Source: Hormiphora californensis (taxonomy: Eukaryota > Animalia > Ctenophora). From it: DNA of 64,000 nucleotides. The position numbers and the translations under genes were made by a program. The stretch covers positions 682,001 to 746,000 of the forward strand of contig CM035355.1 of NCBI GenBank assembly GCA_020137815.1. The letters run 5' to 3'. The notes beneath the pieces were generated by a model. The model was given only the letters and a program-made list of their open reading frames with translations. It had not been told where the DNA came from and did no database searches. This document shows, piece by piece, positions 24,530 to 44,959 of this stretch; the first letter of the stretch is position 1; each line of letters opens with the position of its first letter.

Positions 24530-27500
24530 ATGAACTACACGTGTAACAAGACATACCACGTGACCCCAGAAATGGATAACTGGGGTCCAACGTTTTCAGA
24601 AATCACAAAGTGTCCCCCACCAGAGTGGCTACCTACCATGATCATAGGTGAGGGGCCTGGGCGTACCAGACACATAGGTGAGGGGCGTGCCTGGGCGTGC
24701 CAGACACATAGGTGAGGGGCGTGCCTGGGCGTACCAGACACATAGGTGAGGGGCGTGCCTGGGCGTGCCAGACACATAGGTGAGGGCCGTGCCTGGGCGT
24801 ACCAGACACATAGGTGAGGGGCGTGCCTGGGCGTACCAGACACATAGGTGAGGGGCGTGCCTGGGCGTACCAGACACATAGGTGAGGGGCGTGCCTGGGC
24901 GTGCCAGACACATAGGTGAGGGGCGTGCCTGGGCGTGCCAGACACATAGGTGAGGGCGTGCCTGGGCGTGCCAGACACATAGGTGAGGGGCCGTGCCTGG
25001 GCGTACCAGACACATAGGTGAGGGGCGTGCCTGGGCGTACCAGACACATAGGTGAGGGGCGTGCCTGGGCGTGCCAGACACATAGGTGAGGGGCGTGCCT
25101 GGGCGTGCCAGACACATAGGTGAGGGCCGTGCCTGGGCGTACCAGACACATAGGTGAGGGGCGTGCCTGGGCGTACCAGACACATAGGTGAGGGGCGTGC
25201 CTGGGCGTGCCAGACACATAGGTGAGGGGCGTGCCTGGGCGTGCCAGACACATAGGTGAGGGCCGTGCCTGGGCGTACCAGACACATAGGTGAGGGGCGT
25301 GCCTGGGCGTACCAGACACATAGGTGAGGGGCGTGCCTGGGCGTACCAGACACATAGGTGAGGGCCGTGCCTGGGCGTACCAGACACATAGGTGAGGGGC
25401 GTGCCTGGGCGTACCAGACACAGTAGCACACCACTATTTAGGCCGAGGATCTTCCTGCAAGATCCGGCCCATACCACACTATTACAGGAGTTTGATACAG
25501 TAACCCTGTAATGGCTGCTGTATAATTTTGTGTGATATACAGTGCCCCGTCAAATATTGTTTGTCTCACATTCCTTTATTAGGATCACTGTTGTTTGGTT
25601 GTACAGCTGCAATGCTAGGCTGGTTGGTAAGGGATTTCTACATGTACAGATGGAGTCATCCCAAACAGCTGCAAGATACCTGTCTCGTGCTATCTTTCTA
25701 CCTGGTCCACTCAGGATGCTACTTACTAAGTAGGGAAGTGGGTTACACAGAGGGAGGGTACACTTAGAATCTGACATGCTAAGCCGGGGTTGTATTCCTG
25801 TCCTTCATATATTTACCATATGCAACCCCACTCAGAAATGATAAACCCACGTGGAGGCCATATTTACGAGTTTATATCGGATGTCTATGAAGCTATCGGC
25901 CTTACAGCTTTATTCAACCTATCCTGGTTCTTCTGCTCAGGTAGTAGAGATTCAATCTGTGTGGTGTCATTGGATCTGTGTGTTGTCATGGTGATCTGTG
26001 TGTTGTCATGGTAATCTGTGTGTTGTCATGGTGATCTGCGTGTCATGTTGTCATGGTGATCTGTGTCATGTGTGTTGTCATGGTGATCTGTGTGTTGTCA
26101 TGGTGATCTGTGTGTTGTCATGGTGATCTGTGTGTTGTCATGGTGATCTGTGTGTTGTCATGGTGATCTGTGTGTTGTCATGGTGATCTGTGTGTTTTCA
26201 TGGTGATCTGTGTGTTGTCATGGTGATCTGTGTGTTGTCATGGTGATCGGTGTGTTGTCATGGTGATCGGTGTGTTGTCATGGTGATCTGCGTGTTGTCA
26301 TGGTGATCTGTGTGTTGTCATGGTGATCTGTGTGTTGTCATGGTGATCTGTGTGTTGTCATGGTGATCTGTGTGTTGTCATGGTAAAATTGGTGATCATC
26401 ATGAATCGTTAGTTAAATTTCCGTTAAACTAGGGAAGTATCAGGATCTGAAAGGAGAGTTGGACAAGCGACTGATAAACCTAGGACAAATGCCATTCCCA
26501 TTCCTAAAACTCTGCAGTCGACTTACAAAACCAACGGAAACGTTCTTCACGTAAGCTATATTTGGGCAGTGGACACGCCTTTGTGGCCCTGATCTGTGTT
26601 CGCTACAAAGAATATATTGCTGTCTGGTGGTGCCAAACCCCGTCAATTTGATCCTATTAGTGCCCTCAGATCAGGTCGGCGCCGCCAGACAGTGAAACTA
26701 TAAGCGGAGAGGACGGTCTTATATGAGACAAATCTGAGCGCACTGAGAATCAAACCTGGGTTTGGTGCCGCTGTAGACCTGGGATGAATGACCTGGGTCG
26801 ACTTGTTGTAGATTTGGGTTGAATTAAATTAATTACTGTTTAGAGTGGTGTTGTGTCTGATGGTTCAGTTGCCCATTATTCAGTTCATCCTGGGGGTGAT
26901 AACCATCTCATTCTGGTATAATGGCGACACCACCTCGTCCTACTACGGAGATACCAGCTCTACAAAGAGTGTCATGGCATCAGGTAACACGTGGGTATAT
27001 GGGATGAGAGTCTTGTGAGGAGAATGTGAGGAGACTGGTTGGAGCTGCATATAATAGGTTGAGATCTTTAATTAGAGAAATATATATCAGCCCCTCATAG
27101 AATATTACAGTGTAGAAAACATGGCCAAGGTATAATTTAATTTAATAACCACTAATTACCAACACTTTGAATTATATGAACATACATAATATACAGTGTA
27201 TATATAATATACACCATTACATGCACTGTTTATCTGAATTCCCGACAATTCATTTCAGTGATTCTTCTGGTTTCATTCAAGTTTGCGATCTACGCCATCC
27301 ACCTCCAAGATGCCACACTCCGCCCCTACTACATTGGGCGCCGGTTTTTCAAGCTGAAGTTCTACCTGTTCAAAGCCCTTACGATCCTAACTAAAGTTCA
27401 GTTCTCAATTCTTGGTGCCGTTTTAGAGTATGGTAGTGATCAGCCTGACAGTTTTGGGTAAATCTAACTCTGGCTGATTCTGACAGTGATCATGTAATCG

Positions 27501-28104
27501 TTGTGCCTAAAAGAGCTCCTCATTTCAGGTTCGTATCTGGAGGAGAACGAGCAGAGATTTGGATATCATTTGTAGTCCTTATTGAATGTCTCCTCCTACT
27601 ACTAATCGCTAGTTTCGTCTTCACTAGAAGAGACTTCATCTCAACAACGCAGGTATTAACTAGGAACAGACCGAATCAGGAAATACTGGTACCTGATTCG
27701 GTTGTTTCGGTATTAACTCTTTTTTAATGTTTTTAATTTTCTGACCCTCCTTTACCGGGGTACGATGAGAGAGGGTCGAGGAAATCAGTTTTGATGTATC
27801 TCAGTTCCTAAATTCCTTCCAGTTCTTCCAGTTCTTCTGAGAACAGATAAACTGAATTTTTTAGTACAGTGTGCACAGTTGGGACCCCTTTTTAACTGAA
27901 TTCTTTGTCCAGGAGGGACCCCTTTTTAACCATGAATTCTTTGTCCAGGAGGGTCTACCGGGAGGAAATACATACACTGATCTGCCCCGTGATTCTCAGC
28001 GGCTGTCTAATCTACATCTATCGATGGGAGGTCGTCCTATTCGAGTTTCGGTGTCTCCGGAGAATCAGAAAGACCGCCGTCTTACACAACTGACTCAGAT
28101 TTAA
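24530..28104 (+). CDS. Organic solute transporter alpha / TMEM184 family membrane protein (multi-exon, some indels)
   Basis: Exons near 24530-24647, 25543-~25704, ~25783-25940, 26444-~26550, 26844-26982, 27259-27457, 27529-27652, 27948-28104. Motifs PRGGHIYEFISDVYEAIGL, VQLPIIQ, FAIYAIH..LKFYLFKALTILTKVQ, VVLIEC. Confidence 0.75.
24643..25420 (+). repeat. 34-bp minisatellite (~23 copies), each with a copy of the exon-1 donor
   Basis: cataggtgaggggcgtgcctgggcgtaccagaca; the first copy is the exon end atcatag|gtgagg. Confidence 0.95.
25966..26384. repeat. 20-bp intronic minisatellite (~20 copies)
   Basis: gtgttgtcatggtgatctgt. Confidence 0.95.
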
Positions 28105-28214
28105 AATGTTTTGACTTTTTAACGTTAGAATTGATACATGTTATAATAGCCCTGCTTAATAAAGAATTTTCTATATATTTGTATTCAGCATTGCTTGCAA
28201 ATTGAGAGAGCGGG

Positions 28215-28285
<71 letters not shown>

Positions 28286-28353
28286 GAGAGAGAGAGAGAG
28301 TGATTGAGAGGGTCCCATTTCTACTCATTGCTATTCTTTCTCAACTCTCACTC

Positions 28354-28465
<112 letters not shown>

Positions 28466-28511
28466 TATTTAGTTAAAGATTGTGATGATTGTATCATATA
28501 CGTTTCATTGC

Positions 28512-30689
<2,178 letters not shown>

Positions 30690-30850
30690 GAGACATATCC
30701 CATGAATTTGAAAACTATAACTGTTGTAATGCGAAACTTTTTATAATTATTGTGAATTATTTGTTAGTGTGTCTAGAGAGAGGTGACGCTGTTTGTCCGT
30801 CGTCTGTCCATAAACCTCAGTTGTGGCACCTTCTCAAAGCCTGCTACAAA

Positions 30851-31903
30851 ATGCTTCCGGCGACGGCACCGTTTTCTGTTCCTGGAGACCAAGCTGATCT
30901 GAGAGAATCGTTTGCAAAGTTACACAAAGATCTGGTCTCAACCATCTCTGCACTAGTAAAACCTGTGGAGAAAGGGAAAGATGATGTTGGTAATGGTGAG
31001 CCTGAGGAACCGGTTACACCTACGATGAAACACTATGTGAACATTACCACTGGGAACAGCGGAGAAGGAGAATCAGCGTTCTGTGCTGATAAGTGGAAGA
31101 ATGTGGTCAAACCAAAGGTGGAAAGTGCTTTGAAGACTATACCGGTAGTGAGATCCAGAGTAAACAGTGACCATACCCGATTATACTTCCCTAATGAGGA
31201 CCAGATGAAGGAAGCAGAGAAAGTACTGACTCCTCTTGCACAGGATTGTTCAGTGTCATTTTTCTCAGAGGAAACCAAGAAGCTTGAACCAAAGGTGACG
31301 ATAAATGACTTGGGCCCCGACCTACTTGAAAAGGAAGCTATCCTGGCGGCGATCTTGGACAAGAATGAGGATATCAGGAAGCTGTATCATGAGGATAAGA
31401 AGTTAAAAGTGGTGTTTGTGAACGAAAGAGACAGGTATGCAGTGATCCAGATGGCTCCAGAGATCCGGCGGCTTTTGTCTAGCAGTGGGGATAGACTTAA
31501 CTTGGGTCTTCGGCAACATTTTGTCAAAAACAGGTATCATGTGATTCAATGTTATCACTGCCAAGGATTTGGTCACATGGCGGGCTCTGTATATTGCCCT
31601 CAGAAGGATGATCCTGTATGCTGCTTTTGTGCTGGCACACATCAGACGAAGGATTGTAGAGCGAAGAAGAACAATGAAACAGGCAAGATGAAGTGTGTGA
31701 ATTGTGAAGTTGGAGGATCACGAGAGGACAAGAAGTATGCGAAGACCCACACGGCTTCAAGTATGTGGTGCCCTTCGTACATTAACGAGCGAGCACGGCT
31801 AATGGAGAGGACTTCAGGTGTGAGCAAAGAGGAAAAAAACATGTACTGGACGAGGACCAAAGAGGAACTACTCAGGAAAAGACTTGGAAGATTGGGACAC
31901 TAA
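30851..31903 (+). CDS. LINE ORF1 gag-like zinc-knuckle protein
   Basis: CYHCQGFGH, CCFCAGTH and CVNC..H..C knuckles. Confidence 0.85.
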   Translation: MLPATAPFSVPGDQADLRESFAKLHKDLVSTISALVKPVEKGKDDVGNGEPEEPVTPTMKHYVNITTGNSGEGESAFCADKWKNVVKPKVESALKTIPVVRSRVNSDHTRLYFPNEDQMKEAEKVLTPLAQDCSVSFFSEETKKLEPKVTINDLGPDLLEKEAILAAILDKNEDIRKLYHEDKKLKVVFVNERDRYAVIQMAPEIRRLLSSSGDRLNLGLRQHFVKNRYHVIQCYHCQGFGHMAGSVYCPQKDDPVCCFCAGTHQTKDCRAKKNNETGKMKCVNCEVGGSREDKKYAKTHTASSMWCPSYINERARLMERTSGVSKEEKNMYWTRTKEELLRKRLGRLGH

Positions 31904-31983
31904 ATGTTCGCTCTCTTGTTAATAAAACTGGAGGTGTTATTTCTCATCTGGAAGAAGAGGATTGTGATATCTGTCTCGTACAG

Positions 31984-33838
31984 ATGTGGTACCCATTCAT
32001 AAAAAAGGGGATAAGGCAAACATCGAGAACTACAGGCCGATATCCTTAACCTGCCTAACAATGAAAGTTTTAGAAAAGTTAGTTCGAGAGAGGCTTTATA
32101 GGGTTTGTCTTCCTAAAATAACTCCGTTTCAACATGGGTTCGTTCCCCTTAAGTCCTGCAGTACCCAGCTTATAGACTTCAATTGTGATCTTGCCCTTAA
32201 CCTAAATAAAGGTCTGCAGACTGATATAGTGTTCTTTGATTTTAAAAAGGCTTTTGACAGCGTCTCTCATGATGTGATTCTTAAAAAGCTTAAAGTAGAC
32301 TATAACATTAATGGTAGAATGCTCCAATTTATCAAAGAGTATCTTTCCGACCGACGACAAAGGGTTGTACTGGATGGAAAGTTCTCAAACTGGAGCTCAG
32401 TTAGGAGTGGAGTCCCCCAAGGCTCTATACTTGGTCCCTTCCTCTTTGTCCTTTTCATCAACGATATAGTGGATCAAGTCGGAATGGACACAAATATAAG
32501 GCTTTATGCAGATGATATGAAAATCTGGCGTATCATTAAAAGTAGCGGAGATAGTCTCCAACCTGACATAGATAGATTGTTGATCTGGAGCGAGAATAAC
32601 AAAATACACTTTCATCCTGATAAGTGTAAGCTCCTTAGATGTTCCCTAAAACAAAATCCTGTACATTTAACATACCATCTGGGAAGCACACAAATAGGTC
32701 CTAGTCAAACGGAGACTGATCTGGGTGTTCTGACTACAAATAAACTTTCGTCAACCCACCATCAGAACAGGCTCCTATCAAAATCTTCCCAGAGGTTAGG
32801 TCTAGTGAGGAGAACGTGTTCTGACCTAGTTCAGTCGCAGAGAAAACGCAAAACTCTCTTCATTAGTTTAGTAAGGTCACTATATGAACACTGTAGCGAA
32901 GTATGGCGGCCCATTTCTGCATCTAGTATTGAAAAATTTGAAAAGATGCAAAAAAGGGCCGTAAAATGGGTATTCAATGAATTGGAGTGTAGTTACAGCA
33001 ACGAAGTGTACGTAACTAGGCTCAAGGACCTTAAGATCCTACCCATGTCTTCTAAGTTCCTATATAATGATCTTAAAATGTTCCATAAGATACTTTACAA
33101 GCTTATACCAATAGAATTCCCCCCTTACATGAGACGTTTTGACCCAACTGTTGACAATGACCGACCACGTACAAGACAACAAATCAACAAAGACGCGACT
33201 TACGTAGTGTGTGATGAGCGCCCTAGAATAGATGTTTTTAAAGATTCATTTTTCTACCGTACCCACATAGAGTGGAATTCCCTACCGCATGATATTCGTA
33301 GCATTAGTGACCATGTGATATTTTCCTCAGAACTTAAGAAGCATTTGTGGAATGCATCTAGTATCCAGCCTTCTGTCTGAATTTTTTCCTTATCATTGGC
33401 GGATCACTTGGCAACAATTGTAAATGGTATAATATGTTTATTGTTTTTAGGAGTTTGAGGTCATAGAAATTGTTGATGGGTTTGGAGTTGTGTTCGAAAT
33501 GTTTGAAACTTAAAAGTTGTTGCCCGGTGATGTGCCAATACCAATTGACACAAATTGACAGTTGACACTGACTGGGGTAGGGAGGGTTTGGGTTTGGAAG
33601 GGTTACTCCGGAACTTATTAACCTATTAACTTAATTTATTACTATTAAACCAATATATATTTCTAATCGAGTGTGTATATAGCTAACATGACGTATTTTT
33701 ATACTACATTTTTACACTTTATCTAAATTTAAGACGTAAGCACTCATGCCTTGGGCATCTATTTTAATAGAGAGTCTGTCGGGTTTTGTATGAAGTATCA
33801 ATGTATCTTTATATTTTACCTTTTTCAAATCAAATCAA
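31984..33838 (+). mobile_element. 5'-truncated LINE (CR1/L2 group) nested in the outer ORF2
   Basis: RT ORF 31986-33380 (NYRPISL, DFKKAFD, GVPQGS, YADD), 3' UTR ending in (TCAAA)3. Confidence 0.92.
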
Positions 33839-36800
33839 ACCTTTTTGAAGTCTACGGATACTGGGAAACTCCAGGAGATTAGGGATAATGGATGGGATAT
33901 TTTATCATGTCCACGAGGAGACAGAGGAGGTGGAGGAATAGGAATTCTTTTTCGGGACGGTATAGTCCTTCGACAGTGCCCAGTGAAGACAAAGTTTAAG
34001 TCTTTTCAAGTGCAGGAGGTTCTCATCAGTGACAGAGATCAACCAAAGAGACTCTGTAATGTTTATCGTCCACCATACACAACTAAGTCAAGACTCACAG
34101 AGGCTACATTCCTATCTGAGTTCGGAGACTATCTTTCAGAACTTGTTATGAAGCAAGGTACTCCAATTATAGCAGGGGATCTGAACTTTCAGGTGCAGGA
34201 CAAGAACAACTTCTACTCGAGGAAACTATTGGAGCTTCTAGATTCATTTGACCTTCAGCAAAGAGTACCACTATTGCCTACTCACCAACTTGGTGGAACC
34301 TTAGACCTGGTGATAACTACAAGGGAAACCAATCTAGGAGATTTAACAATTTGTCCTAATGGTACTACTTCGGACCACTTCCTGGTACAGTTTGGGCTTG
34401 AAGTGAGACAGGACCTGTCAAACTCTTGTATGCGGAAATCAATGTTTCGAGAATACATGGACTACAAGTCAATGGACAAGGAAGGATTCAGAGAGGACCT
34501 CCAGAAAGCGGAATTTGAACCAGGCCGGGATCCAGAGGAGAGTATTGTAAACTTCTATCGTTGGTTGGAAAGTGTAGTGGAAAGGCGAGTTCCGAGGAAA
34601 CGGGTGAGGACAGGGAAAAAGTTTAAACCGTGGAGAGATGAGGAACTAAGAGGAATACTACGTAAGAGGAGGAGTGCGGAACGATACTGGAGGAAGCATG
34701 GAACTGAGGAAGCGAAACGGAGATTCAATGATTTGAAGAAGCTCTATGGAAACATGGACAAGGAAAAGAGAGCAGCTTTTGTTAAAGAGGACTTGGATGC
34801 GGCAAAAGGGGACCCGAAGAAGCTACAAAGAAAGTTACAGAAACTCCTGGGAAAAGCGGAAACTATTCTTCCTGAGACTACCAACAACAAGAACCTGGCT
34901 GATGATTTTTCAAAGTTCTTTAGTTCAAAGGTGACCAAAATTCGGACCCAAGTCAATGAGGAGCAGCAGCAGGCTGGCGATTTTGTGGAATCTGGAAAAT
35001 CCTGTCATACAACATGGAATGAATTCAAAGAGATATCTGAGGAGGAACTTGTTTCATTAGTGAAATCGATGTCCAGCAAGCACTGTGACCTGGACCCGTT
35101 GCCCACTTGGGTGGTAAAGGAGTGTATAAGTGATCTGGCTCCTGCATTAACATCAATAGTCAATCAGTCTCTACATCAGTCTTCGGTCGCAGAATCTCTC
35201 CAGGAGGCACTTGTCTTTCCTACCATCAAGAATATGTATGGAGATCGTGAAGCTCTCAGCAACTATCGTCCTGTTTCGAACATCCCATTTCTGTCTAAGC
35301 TTCTTGAGAAGGTAGTTCTCACGCAACTCAATGACTACCTGGATCGCAACTCTCTTTTGGGCAAACATCAGTCTGGCTATCGTGTTGGTCACAGTTGTGA
35401 AACGCTATTGGCAAGCATGTTCGATGACATTCTAGGGGAAATGGATAAAGGAAACGTAGTAGCTCTTATCTGTCTAGATATGAGTGCTGCTTTTGATACG
35501 GTTGACCATGGAAAGTTGTTGGAGGTGTTGCAGAAACGGTTTGGAGTGGATGGTGAACCTCTCCGATGGTTTAAAAGCTATTTGAGTTCCAGATCTTTTA
35601 GAGTTTCGGTCGGTGATTGCCTTTCGGAAACCCTTGCTTTACTTTGTGGAGTCCCTCAAGGGTCCCTCCTTGGTCCTATTTTGTTCCTACTCTACATCGA
35701 GGCTGTACAAGATATTGTGGAGCCATATGGACTCCGGATAAAGTTATATGCAGATGATTCCCAGCTCTACGTGAGTCTGGTTCCTACGGATGCTGCTGGC
35801 TGGGTTGAGGCAAAGGTGGATATTGAGGAGTGTCTGGCGAAGGTGAAGAGGTGGATGGTAGGGCAGTGGTTGAAGTGTAATGAGGCCAAAACGGAATTCA
35901 TCCTGCTTGGAAAGCGCAGTTCTCTAAGCAAAGTCTCTTTTGATCCAGTTATTAACTTTGGAGGAACGGAAATCTCCCCCAGTGAATGTAGTGGAACAGA
36001 TGGTAAAACCCTGGGAATTCTCTTGGATCATAACCTTGGCCTTGAACGACAGGTTAACAATGTGAGGAAACAGTGTGGACTGATGTTACGAAACCTTTGG
36101 CAACTGCACAGGTGTTTTTGATATCCCAACAAAGATAATGTTGGTCAAACAGTTGATTTTATCGAGGATAGACTACAGTAACATTCTGTATTGTGGACTT
36201 CCTGGTCGAGTTCTCAGTGGGCTCCAGAAGCTTCTCAATGCCTGTGTTCGTTTTGTATTTAACCTCCACGGACACCAGGACAACTACATGGAGTATTTCA
36301 GGCAATGTCATATTTTACCGATCTCCTACAGGTTGGACTTCAAAGCATGTTTGATTGCCTACAAAATAGTCAATGGAACAGCCCCGTGTTATCTCCAGGA
36401 TTTGGTGCCACGTGATGAGACTTGGGGAACCTCTAGGACAACGAGGATGACTAATGTTCCGGATCCCTATAGGTTAAAACATCCAAAGATGACCAGTATC
36501 AATGCCAACTCTAAGTTGAGACGTAGGAGGTTATCAGTATTCCTGCCCTCTGTCTGGAATGAGCTTCCTCTTGAGCTCAGGTCAATCCCCAATGTGGATA
36601 CTTTCAAAACCCGGCTGAAAACACATCTCTTCGTTGGTGCATTTGGAGTGGGTGATGGGGAACCCATGGCTGAGTTGTAATGTTTGTTGTAGTTGTGGGG
36701 CCTGCGGGCAATCAGTGTCATCCTCTCTCTAGCCATGTTATTAATTCATTACCTAGTATCCTTTTTTCGAGCAGGTGTGAGTATAGTGTGTTTTAATTTA

Positions 36801-38661
36801 TATCTACAGGATTATGGGACCAGTTATTCCCTCAGTTTTATAAGTCAAGTTATTTAGTCGTCTATATATTGTTTTTCAACCAGAGCTGTTCGAGTGTGTC
36901 ATATAAGTAGTCGAGGATATACCGCTCTGATGATTCGGCGGAACATCGTCAATATTTTGACATGTCTCTGTCGGGTATGGGCGGTATATAAGCGCGGAAT
37001 ATTATTATTATTATTATTAAGATAACAATTAATTAACCAATTTATGAGCCAAGTTGTTTCTAATTCTACAAAAAGGATCAATTGGGAAATGTGAAACTTA
37101 CATAACGGAAGAGGTTCCAAGATTCTCAGCTTTTATCCGTAGACCATGAACCTAACCACGATCTAAACACTGTAAGACCTGAGAATACAATGTGGATCAG
37201 AGTTGCCGTGTAAAGACGGTATTTACAAATATTTGATTTAGGGGACAAGGAATTATATGGAAGGGCCAGGGGACGAGGGGTGACTGGTTGGGGTACCAGA
37301 CCTGGGGCGTTATATACATTGAAGAGGGGGCTGGGGGGGAGGAGGGGTGACTGGTTGGGGTATCAGACCTGGGGATACACTGTCTGGCGCCGCGACCCTA
37401 TCTGAGTGCACTGCCAAAGGGGGTCTGGCGCCATCAGACAGGGGATACACGGTTCAGATATGGCGGCCACATATCTAGATGACCGCGGATAGCATTATAT
37501 AGTTTTACCTGGTGAGAAACTCCTGATTTGCGGCAGATCCAGTTCAAATGCTACTTGAGGATATATCCCCAGGCGCCTAATTCTATCCCTTTTATTGGAT
37601 CATCATCTCTCAACCCTGTGAAGGAAGGGGGTTAGGACAACCCTGTGAAGGAAGGGGGTTAGCACAACCCTTGTACACTGTTGGTTACGAAGTCACCCAT
37701 TTGCAGGGTGTTGGGGTGGTAATTTCAATACCAAATACCACGTGTACAATGTACACCAGCTGCTCAAATGATCAAAACTAGGGCCATTTAGTGGTAGTAG
37801 GGCCATCCAGAAATTGGGTAATAAGCTGCTTTGGTTAAAAGTGGTGCTCCGTCAAATTGGCCGCCCGTACAGCGCCGTCCAAAGCGTTGTCCACGACGTC
37901 GAAGACACACAAAAAAGCATTCATTTATAATGTCAGCCGAGTGCGTCTTAGACGTTGTGGACAACGCTTTGGGGGGCGCTTTGGGCGGATGGCCAATATG
38001 ACGGAGCACCACTGTTAGGTTAACCAATTGGTGTGTTGTGCAGCAGGACTGTGTGAAATAGGGAACACACCACCCTTCACAGTTCACACACAGTTCACAC
38101 CACCCTTCACACCACTAACATGTATTCCAGATGGCCCTAATCAATATGCTGAAAACACAGAACTTTAAAGTACTAAAATAGATAATTCAGTAATTAAGTA
38201 CACAACACTTTAAATCTACAGGTCGATTTTGAACATCAATTCTTGTCTAAACTCATATATACCGCTCACACACATACATACGCTCACACTCAGACAGACA
38301 GACAGGCAGACACAGACACACACATACACACAGACACACAATATTCGATATAAACGCTCGCATTATACACTCTGTTAATAATAAATTACTTAAACCACGG
38401 AAATAACTTTTTTCTATTAGTACATTCATATTTTCCTATATCACTCTCTCTCGATCACACGCAACAGACAGTTACACAAGAGCCTAATAATTTCTCGAAA
38501 AAAAATAGTTCTTCGGAGTAAACGAAGCATGCAAAGGTTAACAGACAAAAGGTAAAACAGAGAAAAAAATTGTCTTTTGGGGCAACCTCTGATCTCGAGT
38601 GGGTGGTAACCGTGGTAACCCTAGTGGTAACCACCCGCTCGTGGTAACCATGGTAACCACT

Positions 38662-43007
<4,346 letters not shown>

Positions 43008-43293
43008 GCTAACAACAGAAATGGGAAATTAAGGGTAATTCTGGGAAATATTAACAGAGGGAGTAATATGTAATATTTAGGGCCGTAAGTTTCAGGAATA
43101 TTCCGGAGAAAAATCCACAGAAAGGGCGCCTATAAGTATGTAAGTTTGTGAAACTGTTTATAGCCGGGATAGATGGACCTCTAAAACAAACAATCCCATC
43201 TCCAAATGAGAAGTATTTCAATATGTAATTTTACAAAAGAGGTACCTCGCGCTCAACAATAACTTATAACACAAATGTTTGATTTCAGATACA

Positions 43294-43816
43294 CTATTGT
43301 GCAGCCTTGGCCGTTTCAAGTCGTCTCTCCCAGAATGGTAGGACTTCACTATCACCGGGAACTTCTTCTGAAATCTTTTTTAACAGATCGACCTGATCCA
43401 GTCGAGCTTTGATTTTCCTCTGCATCCACAGAGGTGCGTCTTCTGGTACCTGAATGAGGCATGGGATGACTTAACAATTCTGAAGAATGTGAGATATCAG
43501 ATATAAGATAATGGGGACTTACCGCATACATCCTATTGACCCAGTCGAAGTACCGATCCTCAGTTTTAGAGCAATACACGCCAATACAATCTGAAAAAAG
43601 ATTATGCAATTATAAAGCCACAACTACCGTGTCACAACAACTCATAAAATCATAAAGCATGCGTACGATAACAGGATTGTGAATCTACTTACATCCAACA
43701 CCTGTTGTCAGGGCGTGGAGCTGGGGCTTCCAGAGCAGGGGCATCCTCATTAACCATCTAGATCCGATTGCCCCGGCAAAGCCGGCCGCTGACCACCAAA
43801 TAACAGTCCGTAGCAT
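43294..43816 (-). CDS. NDUFC2: Complex I accessory subunit NDUFC2/B14.5b-like, 3 exons, 115 aa
   Basis: Exons 43816-43693, 43590-43523, 43449-43294 in frame with GT-AG; two TM helices around RMPLLWKPQLH, then EDRYFDWVNRMYAVPEDAP. Confidence 0.7.
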
Positions 43817-44372
43817 GACGGTATTATAAGATTTCCTTACAGACAACACGCGTAGTTCTTCGTTTTGGAAACAAAAGTTCGCGTGTTCGAAAAATTTAAA
43901 CTTTTCAGTAGGGGTATCGACCGCGCGGGTACACAAATGGAAACACTTTTCCCGCTCAAAATGACGCGCAGAAATATGGACCATGCTGCTGCGCTGTGCA
44001 CAGCTGTGCTTTCTTTAGAGAAGCTAATGTCGCGCGCGACAGCTCATAGCGTGTGTAAGTCTGAAACCAGCAGCTCTAGGTCATTTCTTATCATGTACGG
44101 TCACGCTTTGTTTTGCCTTTTCTCTCACCTTGCCACCTTACGAGCTAATTTGAGTTTTGATTGAGTCTCTGTTGACTGTTATCATTCTCGACCTACTTCG
44201 ACATGCCTTCATTTAGCTTATTTGAAGTATCCCTCGTCCGGCGTCCCTCAGCCCTTTCACGATAAAAAAAGTCGGCCTCGGTCGTCGGTCGGGTTTGATA
44301 CAATATTCCGCCATACCTGCTTCACAGTTCGGTCAATGCTCTTTTTAAATATATAGATAGACCTCTCCCCCC

Positions 44373-44475
<103 letters not shown>

Positions 44476-44671
44476 TCTCACTCTCTCCATCTATCTATCT
44501 CTCTCTTCATCTCTTAACATTCATCCTCCAACCCTCCATCTTAGATTCCAAGATGACTCAGAACTCTAGCTGTTCTAGAAGTATATAGCTCACTCGGAAC
44601 CTACATCTAATAATAGGTTTGTGCAACAAAGGGAACTAAAAAAAAAGATTCTTTCGTTTAGTTCTTAATCT

Positions 44672-44959
44672 CAGGGCCCATGACACCGGGGGGGGGGGGG
44701 GTCAAGGGGGGTCGCCCCACCCCCCTGGGATTTACAAAAATTGGAAAATTGATTGATATATTTTGTAGATAATGTGAGTGCCAATATTTTTACTCTCAAG
44801 TCGGACTTCTAAATGCATAAAATGCATGAAAATCTGTTAAAAATCTCAATTTTTCCCTACACCCTTTCACTGCCGCTATGCTCCTCCTCTTTGCACACTT
44901 TGAAATTTACGGTGGTTCGCACCGGCCCCCCATGGAAAAATTCCGTGTCGTGGGCCCTG
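44672..44959. mobile_element. hAT-like MITE
   Basis: TIR cagggcccatgacac / gtgtcgtgggccctg; no clear TSD. Confidence 0.65.

Larger units (their letters stand above)
30750..37019 (+). mobile_element. Near full-length LINE (L2/CR1 group) just after the actin stop; ORF2 split by a second LINE
   Basis: ORF1 with Cys/His knuckles; ORF2 APE start IGTLNVRSLVNK..DICLVQ (~31890-31983) continues TFLKSTDT at ~33839; RT with GVPQGS and YADD; 1-nt frameshift at ~36119; (ATT)n tail at ~37000-37018; 5' boundary approximate. Confidence 0.92.

Noticed and set aside
24535-25477. Three overlapping 260-300 aa minus-strand ORFs
   Set aside because: Artefact of a stop-free 34-bp intronic minisatellite
37100-37800. 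Exon-like blocks on the minus strand downstream of FoxK
   Set aside because: Splice-like signals present but stops in all frames; cannot support a CDS
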